Assembly (NCBI GenBank): GCA_051362555.1
Contig: CM120648.1
Location: 11,342,587-11,406,586, forward strand
Source of the DNA: Lingula anatina
Taxonomy: Eukaryota > Animalia > Brachiopoda
DNA: 64,000 bases
Reading direction: 5' to 3'
A program made the translations under genes and the position numbers. Numbering within the stretch: position 1 is the stretch's first letter; the number at the start of each line of letters is the position of its first letter. Below the pieces are notes generated by a model. It saw nothing but the letters and a program-made list of their open reading frames with translations, was not told the origin of the DNA and did not search any database. Shown in pieces: positions 12,498-23,943 of the stretch.

Positions 12498-15185
12498 AGT
12501 TATCGTTGTACATATGTACTCTGTACTTACGCGAGCTGACTTGTCCGCCATCTTTGCAAGAATGAGGCGACCCAAGCTGAGGTGAAGTGTGCCAAATGGG
12601 TTTACAAAACACTTGAATGCGCGCGTTAAGAAAGAAAACTACTCGCGCCTATTGTCGAACAGCGGCAAGCGTATTGTAGAAAACTGGTAGAGCTTACATG
12701 CAAAACAAATTGCATAAAGGGAAAAATGTATTTATGAAAGGAGTGCTTTTTTGTATAGATAAAGTACGAGGCGCTATTTCTCGTAAAGCTCAGCCCCGAG
12801 TGCTTTATCTGGCTTAAAGCACGAGTAATTAACCCTGTGCAATGGTGCGTGGAACGCATTCGTGGATGACGTGACTTAACACGAAATAAAGCACGGCGCG
12901 ACCTATTGTCTTTTGACTTTAAATTACAGTTAAAGCTATCATCGCCATTTGCTTTCGGTAACGATGTTGCTTTACAGACCCAAAAATAGTGACAACGTCA
13001 GACGTCCTGGGCCGGCTTTCACGAAACGTTTCGCAATTTGCGCAATTGCGCAAAGTCCCTTTTTGCGAACAGACCCTTTCACGAACGTTTCGCAATGTAA
13101 TTTTGCGCAAAATATTGCGCTATTTGTGCAAGATATTTGGTAAAGGTCGGACCCTGTCGCTAAGACTTTTCGCAAGCGTACTTTGGCGTTCGCGTAGCTT
13201 TTCTTGTCGTCCGAAACGAAAATAGGCGAATTTACATGTACCCGGTGTACGTAATTACTGTCTACAACCGAGCACAACCGACCACTACCGTCCACATGCA
13301 CTAATTACCGTCCACACAACAGTCCACAAGCAATAAATACCGTCCACAAGCGTCCTCCCATATGAAAGAAGTGTAAAATCAGATAATAGTTAGAAATGTA
13401 ACATAAGATGGTGCTTTATTGGAAAAAAAAACGTAATGAACGCGGGTCTGTAGACGTTTTCAAGACGGTGAACCAGACTCGATTGTCTCATTTGTTGCAA
13501 TGAAAACCACGTAAAACGATGTTTACAGAAAGCGCAAATGAAAAAAAGGGAAAAAAACGTTCATAAGTATACAGTAAACATCGATATAGCCAGGTTGCCT
13601 TTAGATTCAACAAGCGTTCAACGGTACAGCCGAGCGTGCGGAGAACGGACTATCAGTCATTTTTGTCTATCAAAATCCATGGTTTTACCCTACTCCGTTT
13701 TTAGAATAATTGAATGAAGGACGGCCATAAGCATACAGAAAAATCAGATGTAAAATAAAACAATTGTTTATTGACAATTCACGCCCGACTATGCATACCA
13801 ATAGCATTAGTCGGTGTTACTTTTCTGTCAAAACCTGGTTAATTTTCTAATATGTGAAAACTTTGGGACGGGAGGATATTGTTGAAATGTTGTTTATTAG
13901 CCAAAATATAACCAGAATTTTTGTAAGATGTTTTATTTAATAACTCTAGCATCACTTATGTTATTTATAGATCCAAATGTATACTATAGTGTTGGAATTT
14001 GATTAAATAGCAGTGCTCTCATATGGCAGTGTTATCTTGATGAAAGGAAGAAATTAGTAATAACAATATCAGTATTTAAATGAAAAGATGGGGACAGGTG
14101 TTCATAAGATCAAAGATAATGGGATAATTATAATGTTTGCAACCCAAGTGTCCGAATAAAAGCAAGTGCAAGTGTATCCATCACTCTAACCATGTCTGGA
14201 AAGCAAGGTGCACGGAGACTCGATCTCATATCAGGCGGTTGCGGGACGGCCATTTGCGAGCCCCAGGTGAATTCAGACGACACATGCATCCACGTCAACC
14301 ATCACTTATTTTTAGTTTAAATAAGAAGCCTTTACTTTTTATGTATTTTTGAAATATTTTTATATATTGAGCATAATGTTGGTTTCCATACATAGTATTT
14401 CGGTATCTCAAAACGATAAGACTCGACAAGCAAAATTATAAAACGGATTTGTAAAAAATACTTTTCTCTCAAATGTTGAAAGTGATGATCTCAAAATGAT
14501 GTTAGCACCTCGCAAATTTTTTTATTTTTTCTTGGCAAAATGATGACAGTGCCGATCTCAAAATAATGTTAGCACCTCCCCCCCCCCCCCCCCCCCAAAA
14601 AAAAAAAAATCTTATCAAAATGATACTTTCATCATTTTTGTAGGCCTACAAACGGCGTTCTATACATCCAGGGGTCCGGAGCACGAGTATTTGTTGTCTT
14701 ATTTCTTGCCTCCGCGGCCAAAAGAGTTGGGTTTTGAGATTACAATATTTACTCCCGGGCACGACGTCGTGCGCTAACAGCGAAAAAAATTGCGAAAGGT
14801 TTCGAGAAAGCTACGCTAAAAAAATTAGCGCAATTGCGCAAACCATAGCGAATGCGCAAACTGCGAAACGTTTCGTGAAAGCCGGCCCTGATCTATTTTC
14901 CCCCTTTCCCTGAGAGTAATAAGTCGGGTGGTTAACAGTCCGTATCAATGGCAAAAAATGATCAGTTATCTAAGTTTTAATTTGGACTTAATAATCTACA
15001 TTAAAGCACTCTCCTGTCAAAAGACAATAGATCGCGCCGTGCTTTATTTCGTGTAAAGTCACGTCATCCACGAATGCGTTCCACGCACCAATGCACAGGG
15101 TTGATTACTCGTGCTTTAAGCCAGATAAAGCACTCGGCGCTGAGCTTTACGAGAAATAGAGCAGATAATTGGCGAGGCGAAGCCG
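12498..15185. mobile_element. Compound non-autonomous element with ~144-bp internal inverted arms (12774-12917 / 15016-15159)
   Basis: The arms are near-perfect reverse complements. An internally deleted tandem copy at 12177-12497 shares both ends. Confidence 0.65.
13010..14887. mobile_element. Non-autonomous Harbinger-like DNA transposon (~1.9 kb), nested
   Basis: TIRs GGCCGGCTTTCACGAAACGTTTCGCA / TGCGAAACGTTTCGTGAAAGCCGGCC with a CTG 3-bp TSD (CWG type). Confidence 0.8.
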
Positions 15186-15199
15186 TACTTTATCTATAC

Positions 15200-15418
15200 C
15201 TTAAACATATCCAGAGTAGTCCAAAGCATAATCAAAGTAATGGCAAAGCTGAGAAAAGTGTTGAGATTGTCAAAAGAATGTTAAAGAAGATCAATGAATC
15301 TGGTAAAGATCCATATTTAGCACTGTTGATTAATAGAACTACACCTTTGTCTGGTGAAAATAGTCCTTCAGAAATAATGATGGGAAGGAAAGTTAGAAAT
15401 AGATTGCCAGATGTATAG
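15200..15418 (+). mobile_element. Ty3/Gypsy integrase fragment
   Basis: HIQSSPKHNQSNGKAEKSVEIVKRMLKK...DPYLALLINRTTPL...SPSEIMMGRKVRNRLP matches the rve core C-terminal motif of Gypsy pol. Confidence 0.8.
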
Positions 15419-15478
15419 ATGTAATACAAAAATGTATAGTTGGCAAACAGTAACAGTAATCGAAGATTTAAAACAACT

Positions 15479-15549
15479 TGCATCGGCCGGGAATCGAACC
15501 CGGGCCGCCCGCGTGGCAGGCGAGCATTCTACCACTGAACCACCGATGC
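15479..15549 (-). tRNA. tRNA-Gly(GCC), copy 2
   Basis: Identical to copy 1, TTTT downstream. Confidence 0.97.
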
Positions 15550-16557
15550 GTGATAATGTACCACACCTACTATCTTCTCTCCCCCTCAACCCCCCCCTCC
15601 CCCAGCAAATAAAGTCATGATGTTCGCATATTTGCTTCCATATTAAAGATTTCAGAAGGTATTTTTTTCTTCTTTGACTGTGCTACAAAACGTCTTACAT
15701 GAAAAGTGACATTCGACATCTTGTTTGTTAAGAAAAGATAAAGTAATTCACATAATTAGCTATACCTTCTACTACTCACTGATGTGCGTGTCGAGTATAA
15801 TAACTGACTCAAAGACGATGGTAATATATATCATCTTTTTCTCCCCCCCCCCCCCCCCCCCCTTAGAAACACTCCTCAGTTCTTCCAACAAATTTTGTTC
15901 CTGTAAACATGCTATTTTAGGACTTCTTTTGTAATAGGACCGTGAATTTTTTTTGAAATTTTGAGAACATGTCCAAAAAGAATGCATGTACAACGTCATA
16001 TGTTACTGAAAAACAGAAGCAAATAAAGTTGAACTACTAACATGTACAAAGCCAAGCTTATCTGCAAACAAATAGATAAATATGTATATCTACCCTAAAA
16101 TTAGAATGGATTTATTAAGAGATGCGCTGTTTATACTACACTTTTTTTTCTTGGTTCTTTGTCGCAGTGTCCGTGATTGTTTCTTGGCAGAAAATAATCA
16201 TTCCAAAAATATAAAAATGAGCAAATACAAAAATAGCCTTACTTTTTATTTACACTGTATCCTGAAACAATACAGTTGCTAACTGTGTGTAGAGATGGCA
16301 TTATTACGTAAGGACATGCGACAAGAGCAGTTGTGACGTCACAATGAGATAACGTTATGGCGCCATTAGTTGTCCCGTCTTGGCGTGCATGCTTATGACA
16401 AATTTTGGTTTAATCAGATGCACGAGACTAAGATCGATTCTTCTTTATGTCACAAAACTGTCATCGCAGCAGATGGTCAAAAAGTCATGCTATAAATATA
16501 CCCACTAAACTATATATATATATATATAGTTATAGTATGCGGAGGGTCAAAATAAGT

Positions 16558-16628
16558 TGCATCGGCCGGGAATCGAACCCGGGCCGCCCGCGTGGCAGGC
16601 GAGCATTCTACCACTGAACCACCGATGC
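16558..16628 (-). tRNA. tRNA-Gly(GCC), copy 3
   Basis: Identical to copy 1, TTTT downstream. Confidence 0.97.
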
Positions 16629-16998
16629 TCCCTGTATATAACACTAGCTGGAATAATGCTCCAGCCGCCCCCCCCCCCCCCACGCCCGCCAGCCAAGAAA
16701 AAAAAAATAAATAAAAGCCGAGACGTCCGTAAACTTTGCTAACATGGCAAGCATTACCTAGCGTATTTTTTCGTATTTTTGCGTATTTTTTGGATACCAA
16801 TACGGCTTACTTAAAATGTGAAAACGTGGGTCGTTTAGTTCTTTAAAATGCAGTAATTTACATAATTAGTTACACTGTGGATCTCCTACTGTGCATGTAC
16901 TAACGGTTGTGCGTGACCAGTTAAATAACCAACGGAAAGAGTATGACATATTATCTTGACCTCAGTCCTTCTGAAATCACTCTTCCTTACTATCATAT

Positions 16999-17034
<36 letters not shown>

Positions 17035-17865
17035 AATTGTCGCTATATGCAGTGGCAATTTTAGGGACTCGTTGTCCGCATACTGGATATAAAAATTAAC
17101 ATATAAACACACTTGCCATGCATTTTTGGGGTTTAGAAACTCACCAAGCACGACATTTCATTCAGGCAATTTTGAGTATTTTACTTTGTAATGACCTGGT
17201 AAGATATTGCTGCACGTTATAATTTTGAATTTCCGATTTCAGGCAATTTTGTGCATTTTACTTTGTAATGACCTGGTAAGAAATTGCTGCACGTTAATAT
17301 TTTGAATTTCCGATAAGCACAAATAGAATACTACGCCAAATGTTATTGAAAAAAACGAAGCAAAAAGGGATTGAATAACCTACATGCACGAAACCAAGTT
17401 TCTTTGCAAACAAATATCTAAATATTTAGGTCTACCCTAAAATTTGAATGGATCTATCCCTACAAGGTACGCGGTTTAAACCATACCTCACTTTTAAAGG
17501 TTCTTTGTAACAGGTAGGTCTGTAACTGTTTTCGGGCACAATAAAAAATATTAAAATGAACAAATATAAATCCAGCACTTTTTTCTTTTTACAATATATA
17601 TATCCTGAAATAAAGCTGCTGCTAACTTGGTATGGAGATGGCATCATTACATAAACACGTGCGACAAGAGTAATAATGACGGCATAAAGTTGATTCTTGT
17701 CTCCATGTTGTCCCCCTAGCCGCGCATGCTTTTGACAATCTTTTGCTTGAGTAAGATGGATGAGGCTTTGGAAATTCCACGCAAGGTATGCACACATAAA
17801 ACAAAAACAAAAAAAAATTCTAGATTTGCCTAATAGTAACAGTAAACGAAGGTTTGAACTAAAAT

Positions 17866-17936
17866 TGCATCGGCCGGGAATCGAACCCGGGCCGCCCGCG
17901 TGGCAGGCGAGCATTCTACCACTGAACCACCGATGC
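17866..17936 (-). tRNA. tRNA-Gly(GCC), copy 4
   Basis: Identical to copy 1, TTTT downstream. Confidence 0.97.
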
Positions 17937-19154
17937 TTGGAGACACTTTTGACCTTTATCTAAATGGGGCTCGCCACCCCCCCCCCCCTCCTTCTCCCTA
18001 CACCTTCCCCCAGCCAAGAAATTCATCATGATTATCGCAAACCTTGCTCACTTATTAAAGATTACATAAGGTATGCTTTCTCATTCGACTGTGATACTAA
18101 GAAGCCTTATTCTTGTTTGTTTCCGTTAAGTAATTTACATAATCACATATATCTCCTGCTACTCACCGTTGTGCGTGACGAATTCAATAACTGACACAAG
18201 GATAATAATAATAAATACTCTTCTCTTTCTCCACAACTCTAAAATTACTCCTCAATTCTCTCATATGGTTTTTTGAGAATTTTTTATTCACTTCTTATTC
18301 AGCAACAATTTAGTGCCCTCTTGTCCGAATACTAATTGTTGAAAAAATATATCTAAAATATATCAAAAATATATCTTGCAAAAACAAGACATAAACCTAA
18401 TATTCCTTTGTTGGATTTTTACAATTTTTTTCCAATTTGAAAGAAACTATTGCAATTTGAGCGAATCATTTATAATCCCATTCAGCTGCTTTTACCCTAA
18501 AAAATTCTACCCACGAAACTCAGTAATGAAAAAAAAAAAAAAAAAAGAAAAGGAAAATTCAGACCAAGAACAAGATATTTCAACGTCTTGAGGACACATC
18601 AAAATATATATGATTTTCTCAAATTACAATAGTATCTAGTACAATCTAGGCCTTTATGCCGACACTGTGCAAAACATTTAATTCTGGTATTAGACAAATA
18701 TTTGTACGGAATGTTGTCATTTAGACGCTTCCATGTACACGAAATTTTGGAAGAGTGTACCTATTATTTTAGTAATTGTGCGGGGTTTACTTTGTAATGG
18801 TCATATAAGAATAATGACACACGGATTTATTTTGAATTTTTGATTAACTCAACTAGAATGCTACACGAAATGTTACTGAAAAAAATCAAACATAACTGAA
18901 CTACCAACTTGCACAATATCAATTGAGTTTCCGTATGAAATAAATCAATAAATATGTCGATTTTCCCTATATATTAGTTGATTTATTACGAAGCACGCTA
19001 TTTATACTTTACCTTATTTTCCAATGTTCTTTGTCGAAGGTGTCCATGACTGTTTCGAGCACAAAATTTTCATACGCAAAACCTCAAAATAAGCGCTTTT
19101 CTGTTTGTTTACTCTGCATCCTAACTTACCGTTGCTAACGTGCAGATATAGAAA

Positions 19155-19378
19155 TATATATATTGATGCACCTTGAAAGATACACATTATAATTGTTAAA
19201 TACGATCCGAGCTTTCGGCCCCTGGGGGATTATGAACAAAGAGTAAATATATATATATATTGATGCACCTTGAAAGATACACATTATAATTGTTAAATAC
19301 GATCCGAGCTTTCGGCCCCTGGGGGATTATGAACAAAAAGTAAAAAAAAAAAAAAACTCCTAGGATACGTGACGTCGG
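19155..19378 (-). repeat. Inverted copy of the 1379-1530 hammerhead-bearing repeat, with a 97-bp tandem duplication and deleted ribozyme core
   Basis: The reverse complement reads TTTGTTCATAATCCCCCAGGGGCCGAAAGCTCGGATCGTATTTAAC twice, lacking GAAGAAGGC. CCTAGGATACGTGACGTCGG matches 1380-1399 in inverse orientation. Confidence 0.8.
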
Positions 19379-19444
19379 AGGGCCTTCAGTAGTGACAGTG
19401 TGAAGTATTTACCACAGTAGGTACCTTTGTTTATGGCCAGGTTG

Positions 19445-20725
19445 GTGGATGAGTGGACTTTTCAAGATTTTATCACTGAAATTGGCAGAGTTGACCATGA
19501 GTGTATTGGCTACAATCCTGTGCCGTCACTTTGGTTTTAATGTTTCTTTATTATGGAGTTATGCCCCCTAATTACACATTTTCATTAAACAAAAAAACTA
19601 TTTTGCTTTATCAACGATAAAATCTGAACTAAGCCCTTTTAAAAAATTGCTAGCAAGGTCTTGGAGTACTAATTGCTGCCATTAATTCGGCGTTGCCTGA
19701 AAGCTGTTACGTAGTCCATTAAAGATATTGTAACCATTTATTATCATCCAGATACCGAAAATGAGTTTTGTCCTGCATCTTATGTGTTCGATAATGCATC
19801 TGTCTTTATTCTAATTTAAAACAATGAAAAAAAACCTCGAAAATATAAAAATAATTATATTTTTAGTTGCAATGTGTAAGCATGGAAAACTCGAAGCTTT
19901 AATCCTCAGTTTAACACTTTTCTATTTTGAGTTGAGATAGCAATCGGTATGGGGCGTACGTAACCTCATCCCTGAACAAGATTTTATCACAAAATTGGCA
20001 GAGTTGACCATGAGTGTATAGTCTACAATCCCGTGTCGTCATTTTGGTTTAAATGTTTCTTTATTACGGAGTTATGAGCCCCTAATTACAATTTTCCATA
20101 AAACAAAGACTTTATTTGCTTAATCAACGATGGAATCTGAACTAAGCCCTTTTAAAAAATCGCTAGCAAGGTTTTGGAGCACTAAATGATGTCATTAAAT
20201 CGACGTTGACTGAAAGCTGTTACATAGTCCATTAAGGATATTGTAACCCTTTATTTCAGATACCGAAAATGAATTTTTTGCTGCATCAAATTTGTTGAAT
20301 AATACATCAATCTTTGTGCTGATTTAAAACAATGAAAAAACCCTCGAAAATATAAAATATCGGCGTTTATACATGTATTTTTGTTGCAATACATAAGCTT
20401 AGGCAATTCAAAGCTTTAAGCGTCAATTTAACACCTTTCTATTTTCAGGTGAGATAGCAATCCGTATGGGGCGTAATTTCATCCCTGACCATGATTTAAT
20501 CACGAAACTAGGTGGAGTTGAGAAGAAATGTGTAGGCTACAATTCCGTGTCGTCATTTTGGTTTAAATGTTTTCATTATGGAGTTATGAGCCCCCTAATT
20601 ACAAATTTCCATTAAACAAATGTATTATTTTGTTTTATCAACGACAAAATCTGAACTACGCCTTTTTAAAAAATCGCTGGCTAGGTTTTGGAGTACTAAA
20701 TGGTGTTATTAAATCGGCGTTGAAA
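19445..20725. repeat. Tandem array of ~520-bp units (about 2.5 copies)
   Basis: GATTTTATCAC..AAATTGGCAGAGTTGACCATGAG recurs at ~19466 and ~19980, with a more diverged copy at ~20493. A related fragment lies at ~10280-10430. Confidence 0.8.
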
Positions 20726-21114
20726 CGGTATGGGTGCTCAGGTAAAAGAGAAATTTGAAAAACCGGTTTTTTCAGTTTTTACCCAAAAATCGCAATTTTA
20801 ACGTCACTCGTAAGATGACATGTGTAAATGTTAATTAATTTAGTCATTGAACACTAAAGATTTATTTATCACCCAAAAGAATGTATGTAAAGCAGTACAT
20901 AAAGAGTTTTGGGAGAACGATGACAATATCCTTAAATGTATGCTTTAATCATTGATAAGGTATTTGCAAAAAAAGTCGATCGATATTTAATCGACACTAA
21001 TGGGGCAGGGACTCAATGTTTGAATAATGCTTACTGTCAATGATATTAATATTAATAAGGACATTATCCTTATAATGGATCGTACTTCACTGCACGTTCA
21101 TTCATTTCAGCACT

Positions 21115-23943
21115 ATGGCTTGTACCCATAACACTAGGCCAGACTACAGAACTGCGGGCTATTTCGTACTGAGCTTGTACTTCATTTGCTGTATTCGGGA
21201 TGGACTTGGACTTTTGGCGACGTCAACAACAGCAGCAGCAACAACTGCTGCAACAACAACAACAACTACAACAGCAACAGAGGGATATAACGGAAGCACG
21301 TTCTCAGTCATCGAAGTGATTCCGAAGACACCCCCACCGCATGTTTTGTTACCTCGTTTTATCTTCGACTTCCCTCCAACACCGCCCATAGCCCACACAG
21401 TGCCGGCCACAATGATCTTTCTCTGCGGAGGGCCAGACCGCGAGCCACCAAATCCGCGCTTCGAAACCGCGGCCCGATGTGCACAACCATACGATTACGT
21501 CCATAACATGACGTGCGAAGACCACTGTGGTATAGTCAGCAGTCGATGGGAAGACCAACGCCCAAAGTGGTGCTCTTGCGATTACATGTGTAATTTCTAC
21601 GGCGACTGTTGTCCGGATGTGGATAGCAAATGCCCGGATGAAAAGGCGAAGTATTCGGCCGTGAAACCAACGCTGAACATGATTGCCGATTACCATTCGG
21701 GAACCATCTGCGAGATGATGAAGTATCCTTTTCACTCAACAGAGAACGAAATAAAGGATGATGTGCTTGTCATTGGGAAATGCCCCACCAGCTGGACATC
21801 TCAGATGGTTACCAATGGCTGCGAGAAAGAGGGCAATCCCCTTTATCTTGATGTAAAATATATCTTGCCCGTAACTGACAGAAGGATCGGAGTCCATTAC
21901 CGAAATGCTTTTTGCGCCGTTTGCAACGGGATAGGCGACTTCATATTCTGGGAGCTGCAATTCAACTGTTCTCTACCTGTTTACCTCGAAAATTCTTCAA
22001 ACCCCATCACTGAGCTAGAGAACAGCGACCAGTGCAAGCAGGCCATCGTGCCTCCGGCCTGGAGTCCGTATCGTCTGTGTAAATATGCCGTCGGGGAGTG
22101 CCCGAAAAACTGCACCAATGAAAAATTGGTCCGCAAATGCCATCGTTACCAATTATACGTCGCAGGTCAAAAAGATTATAAACGGTATAAAAACGAATTC
22201 TGCGGTATGTGTAACTTTGAGGATCTGTTTGGCCAATTTTGTGATGGAGACGATCCTCGCTTGGATATTTCGGGCACGGATATTTCTTTTTTCTCTTTTC
22301 GGTTTCTTATGGATTTCAACAGCCTCGGTGGCCTTCGCACTCGTGTCAAAGCGTCACAGAAAGAAGAGAAGGCATTTATCAAGGAAACGCTGTCAAATTG
22401 CTATGTCCTTGACCAGTCGTGTAAACCAATTCAATGCTCAAGAGATTCCATGTTGCTGGATGGCGTCTGCGTGTACAGACACCCTCTTAGTGACGTTACA
22501 ATCAAGACGATATGGATTACTAAAGACCCAAACGAGACGGTTCCTTCGGGCACTGACGACCTCGAGGGACCACCTCCTTTTAAAGAACAGAAGACGGACA
22601 TAGCCCAGGCACTGACGACGTTCTTTGAGAAAGCATTTCCAGTACATGGAGAAGTTGTAACGAATTACTGGCATAACGACACTGTAAATCCAAGAACTGT
22701 CAACATGAAAACCCAATTTTTACTGAAAACAAATGATATGCACGTTGATCAAAACCAACTTAATGCCACCATCATGCTTGTGCTTGTTCAGGTCATTGAC
22801 GTGATAGATGCTGAATACAATAACAACACAAACAAAACATTTAAATATATTGGTAACACATACACCTTCAGCCCCTTTCACTCTGGGGTAAGCGACTGCT
22901 CTCGTATTGGCCTTAATGCTTCTGACTATGACATTTTGGAGAATGGGTCTATTTCAGTTCATGTCGCAAATACCGTAATAGACAGAAAGGATTATCAAAT
23001 GTGGGATAATCAGGTATGGGTATGCGCTGATACCCTGGAGTCGTTATTCAGAAGACATGAGGTTAATGATTCTACGGGAAACTCTTCTAATCCATACGTC
23101 AACCAAATAAATAGCAATCTGTCCGCTTCTGAAGGAATCATAACGGTGACATGCTTAGCCATATCTTGTTTATGTATGCTTATACGGATTGTCTTACAGC
23201 CATGTGTTGCCGTCTTTCGCACGTTTCCAGGGAGACTTCAATTTTGCCTCGTTTTAGTCCTCTTCATATCGAAAGCCCTCTTCCTAATGAGACCATTTTT
23301 TCTTGGCAACGAAGTCGGATGCCAAGTTATTGCTGTATTGTTTCATTGGAGCGTACTTTGTTCTTTTTTCTGGATGAACGCCATTGCAGTCGACATGACG
23401 CGGACTTTTGGCACGAAATCGTCACTGACTTCTGACCGATCTGGAGGGTCGAAAAAACGGTTCCTTGCGTACTGTATCTACACCTCACTTTGCTCCGGGT
23501 TGATTGTGGCGATGTGTCTAATTTTGGATTTTGTCGACATCAACGAAGACTTCCAAGCGAATTACGAGTCAGGAATTTGCTGGATTTCCGAGAAATACCC
23601 TCTTATTATATTCATGGTGGCCCCAGTCGGCTTGATTATCCTTGTGAATCTGATACTTTTTACGATAGCCTCCCGAGCAATTCATGGCGCCATGAACAAC
23701 GCCAAAGAACTGAATTCATCTACAAATAAAAACCACCCCTTTTTCATCTACGTGAAGTTGTTTACATTGATGGGAGCACATTGGGTTTTTGGTTTTATTG
23801 CTAGTTTGATGAGTGACCCTACAATGTTCACTGTGTTTTGGTATATATTTATTGTCACAGCCACATTGGACGGTGCATACATCTTTTTATCTACAGTGTG
23901 CACCAAGAGAGTATTGGAAGATTTGAGGAAAAAGTCAGATTGA
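21115..23943 (+). CDS. Family B (secretin/adhesion, Methuselah-like) GPCR with N-terminal somatomedin-B-like Cys domain, intronless ORF, 942 aa
   Basis: Hydrophobic leader, Thr-rich stalk, SMB-like CEDHCG..CSCDYMCNFYGDCCPD, a further Cys-rich region (YRNAFCAVCN, YKNEFCGMCN), and seven hydrophobic helices with family-B motifs (CQVIAVLFHW..LCSFFWM, NYESGICWI, APVGLIILVNLILF, KLFTLMGAHWVFG). A TTTCAG acceptor lies 4 nt before the ATG. Confidence 0.9.
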   Translation: MACTHNTRPDYRTAGYFVLSLYFICCIRDGLGLLATSTTAAATTAATTTTTTTATEGYNGSTFSVIEVIPKTPPPHVLLPRFIFDFPPTPPIAHTVPATMIFLCGGPDREPPNPRFETAARCAQPYDYVHNMTCEDHCGIVSSRWEDQRPKWCSCDYMCNFYGDCCPDVDSKCPDEKAKYSAVKPTLNMIADYHSGTICEMMKYPFHSTENEIKDDVLVIGKCPTSWTSQMVTNGCEKEGNPLYLDVKYILPVTDRRIGVHYRNAFCAVCNGIGDFIFWELQFNCSLPVYLENSSNPITELENSDQCKQAIVPPAWSPYRLCKYAVGECPKNCTNEKLVRKCHRYQLYVAGQKDYKRYKNEFCGMCNFEDLFGQFCDGDDPRLDISGTDISFFSFRFLMDFNSLGGLRTRVKASQKEEKAFIKETLSNCYVLDQSCKPIQCSRDSMLLDGVCVYRHPLSDVTIKTIWITKDPNETVPSGTDDLEGPPPFKEQKTDIAQALTTFFEKAFPVHGEVVTNYWHNDTVNPRTVNMKTQFLLKTNDMHVDQNQLNATIMLVLVQVIDVIDAEYNNNTNKTFKYIGNTYTFSPFHSGVSDCSRIGLNASDYDILENGSISVHVANTVIDRKDYQMWDNQVWVCADTLESLFRRHEVNDSTGNSSNPYVNQINSNLSASEGIITVTCLAISCLCMLIRIVLQPCVAVFRTFPGRLQFCLVLVLFISKALFLMRPFFLGNEVGCQVIAVLFHWSVLCSFFWMNAIAVDMTRTFGTKSSLTSDRSGGSKKRFLAYCIYTSLCSGLIVAMCLILDFVDINEDFQANYESGICWISEKYPLIIFMVAPVGLIILVNLILFTIASRAIHGAMNNAKELNSSTNKNHPFFIYVKLFTLMGAHWVFGFIASLMSDPTMFTVFWYIFIVTATLDGAYIFLSTVCTKRVLEDLRKKSD

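Noticed and set aside
1758-17936. tRNA copies interpreted as SINE heads
   Set aside because: The bodies are full-length and identical with immediate T4 terminators, while the flanks are diverged on both sides. This pattern fits genuine tRNA genes.
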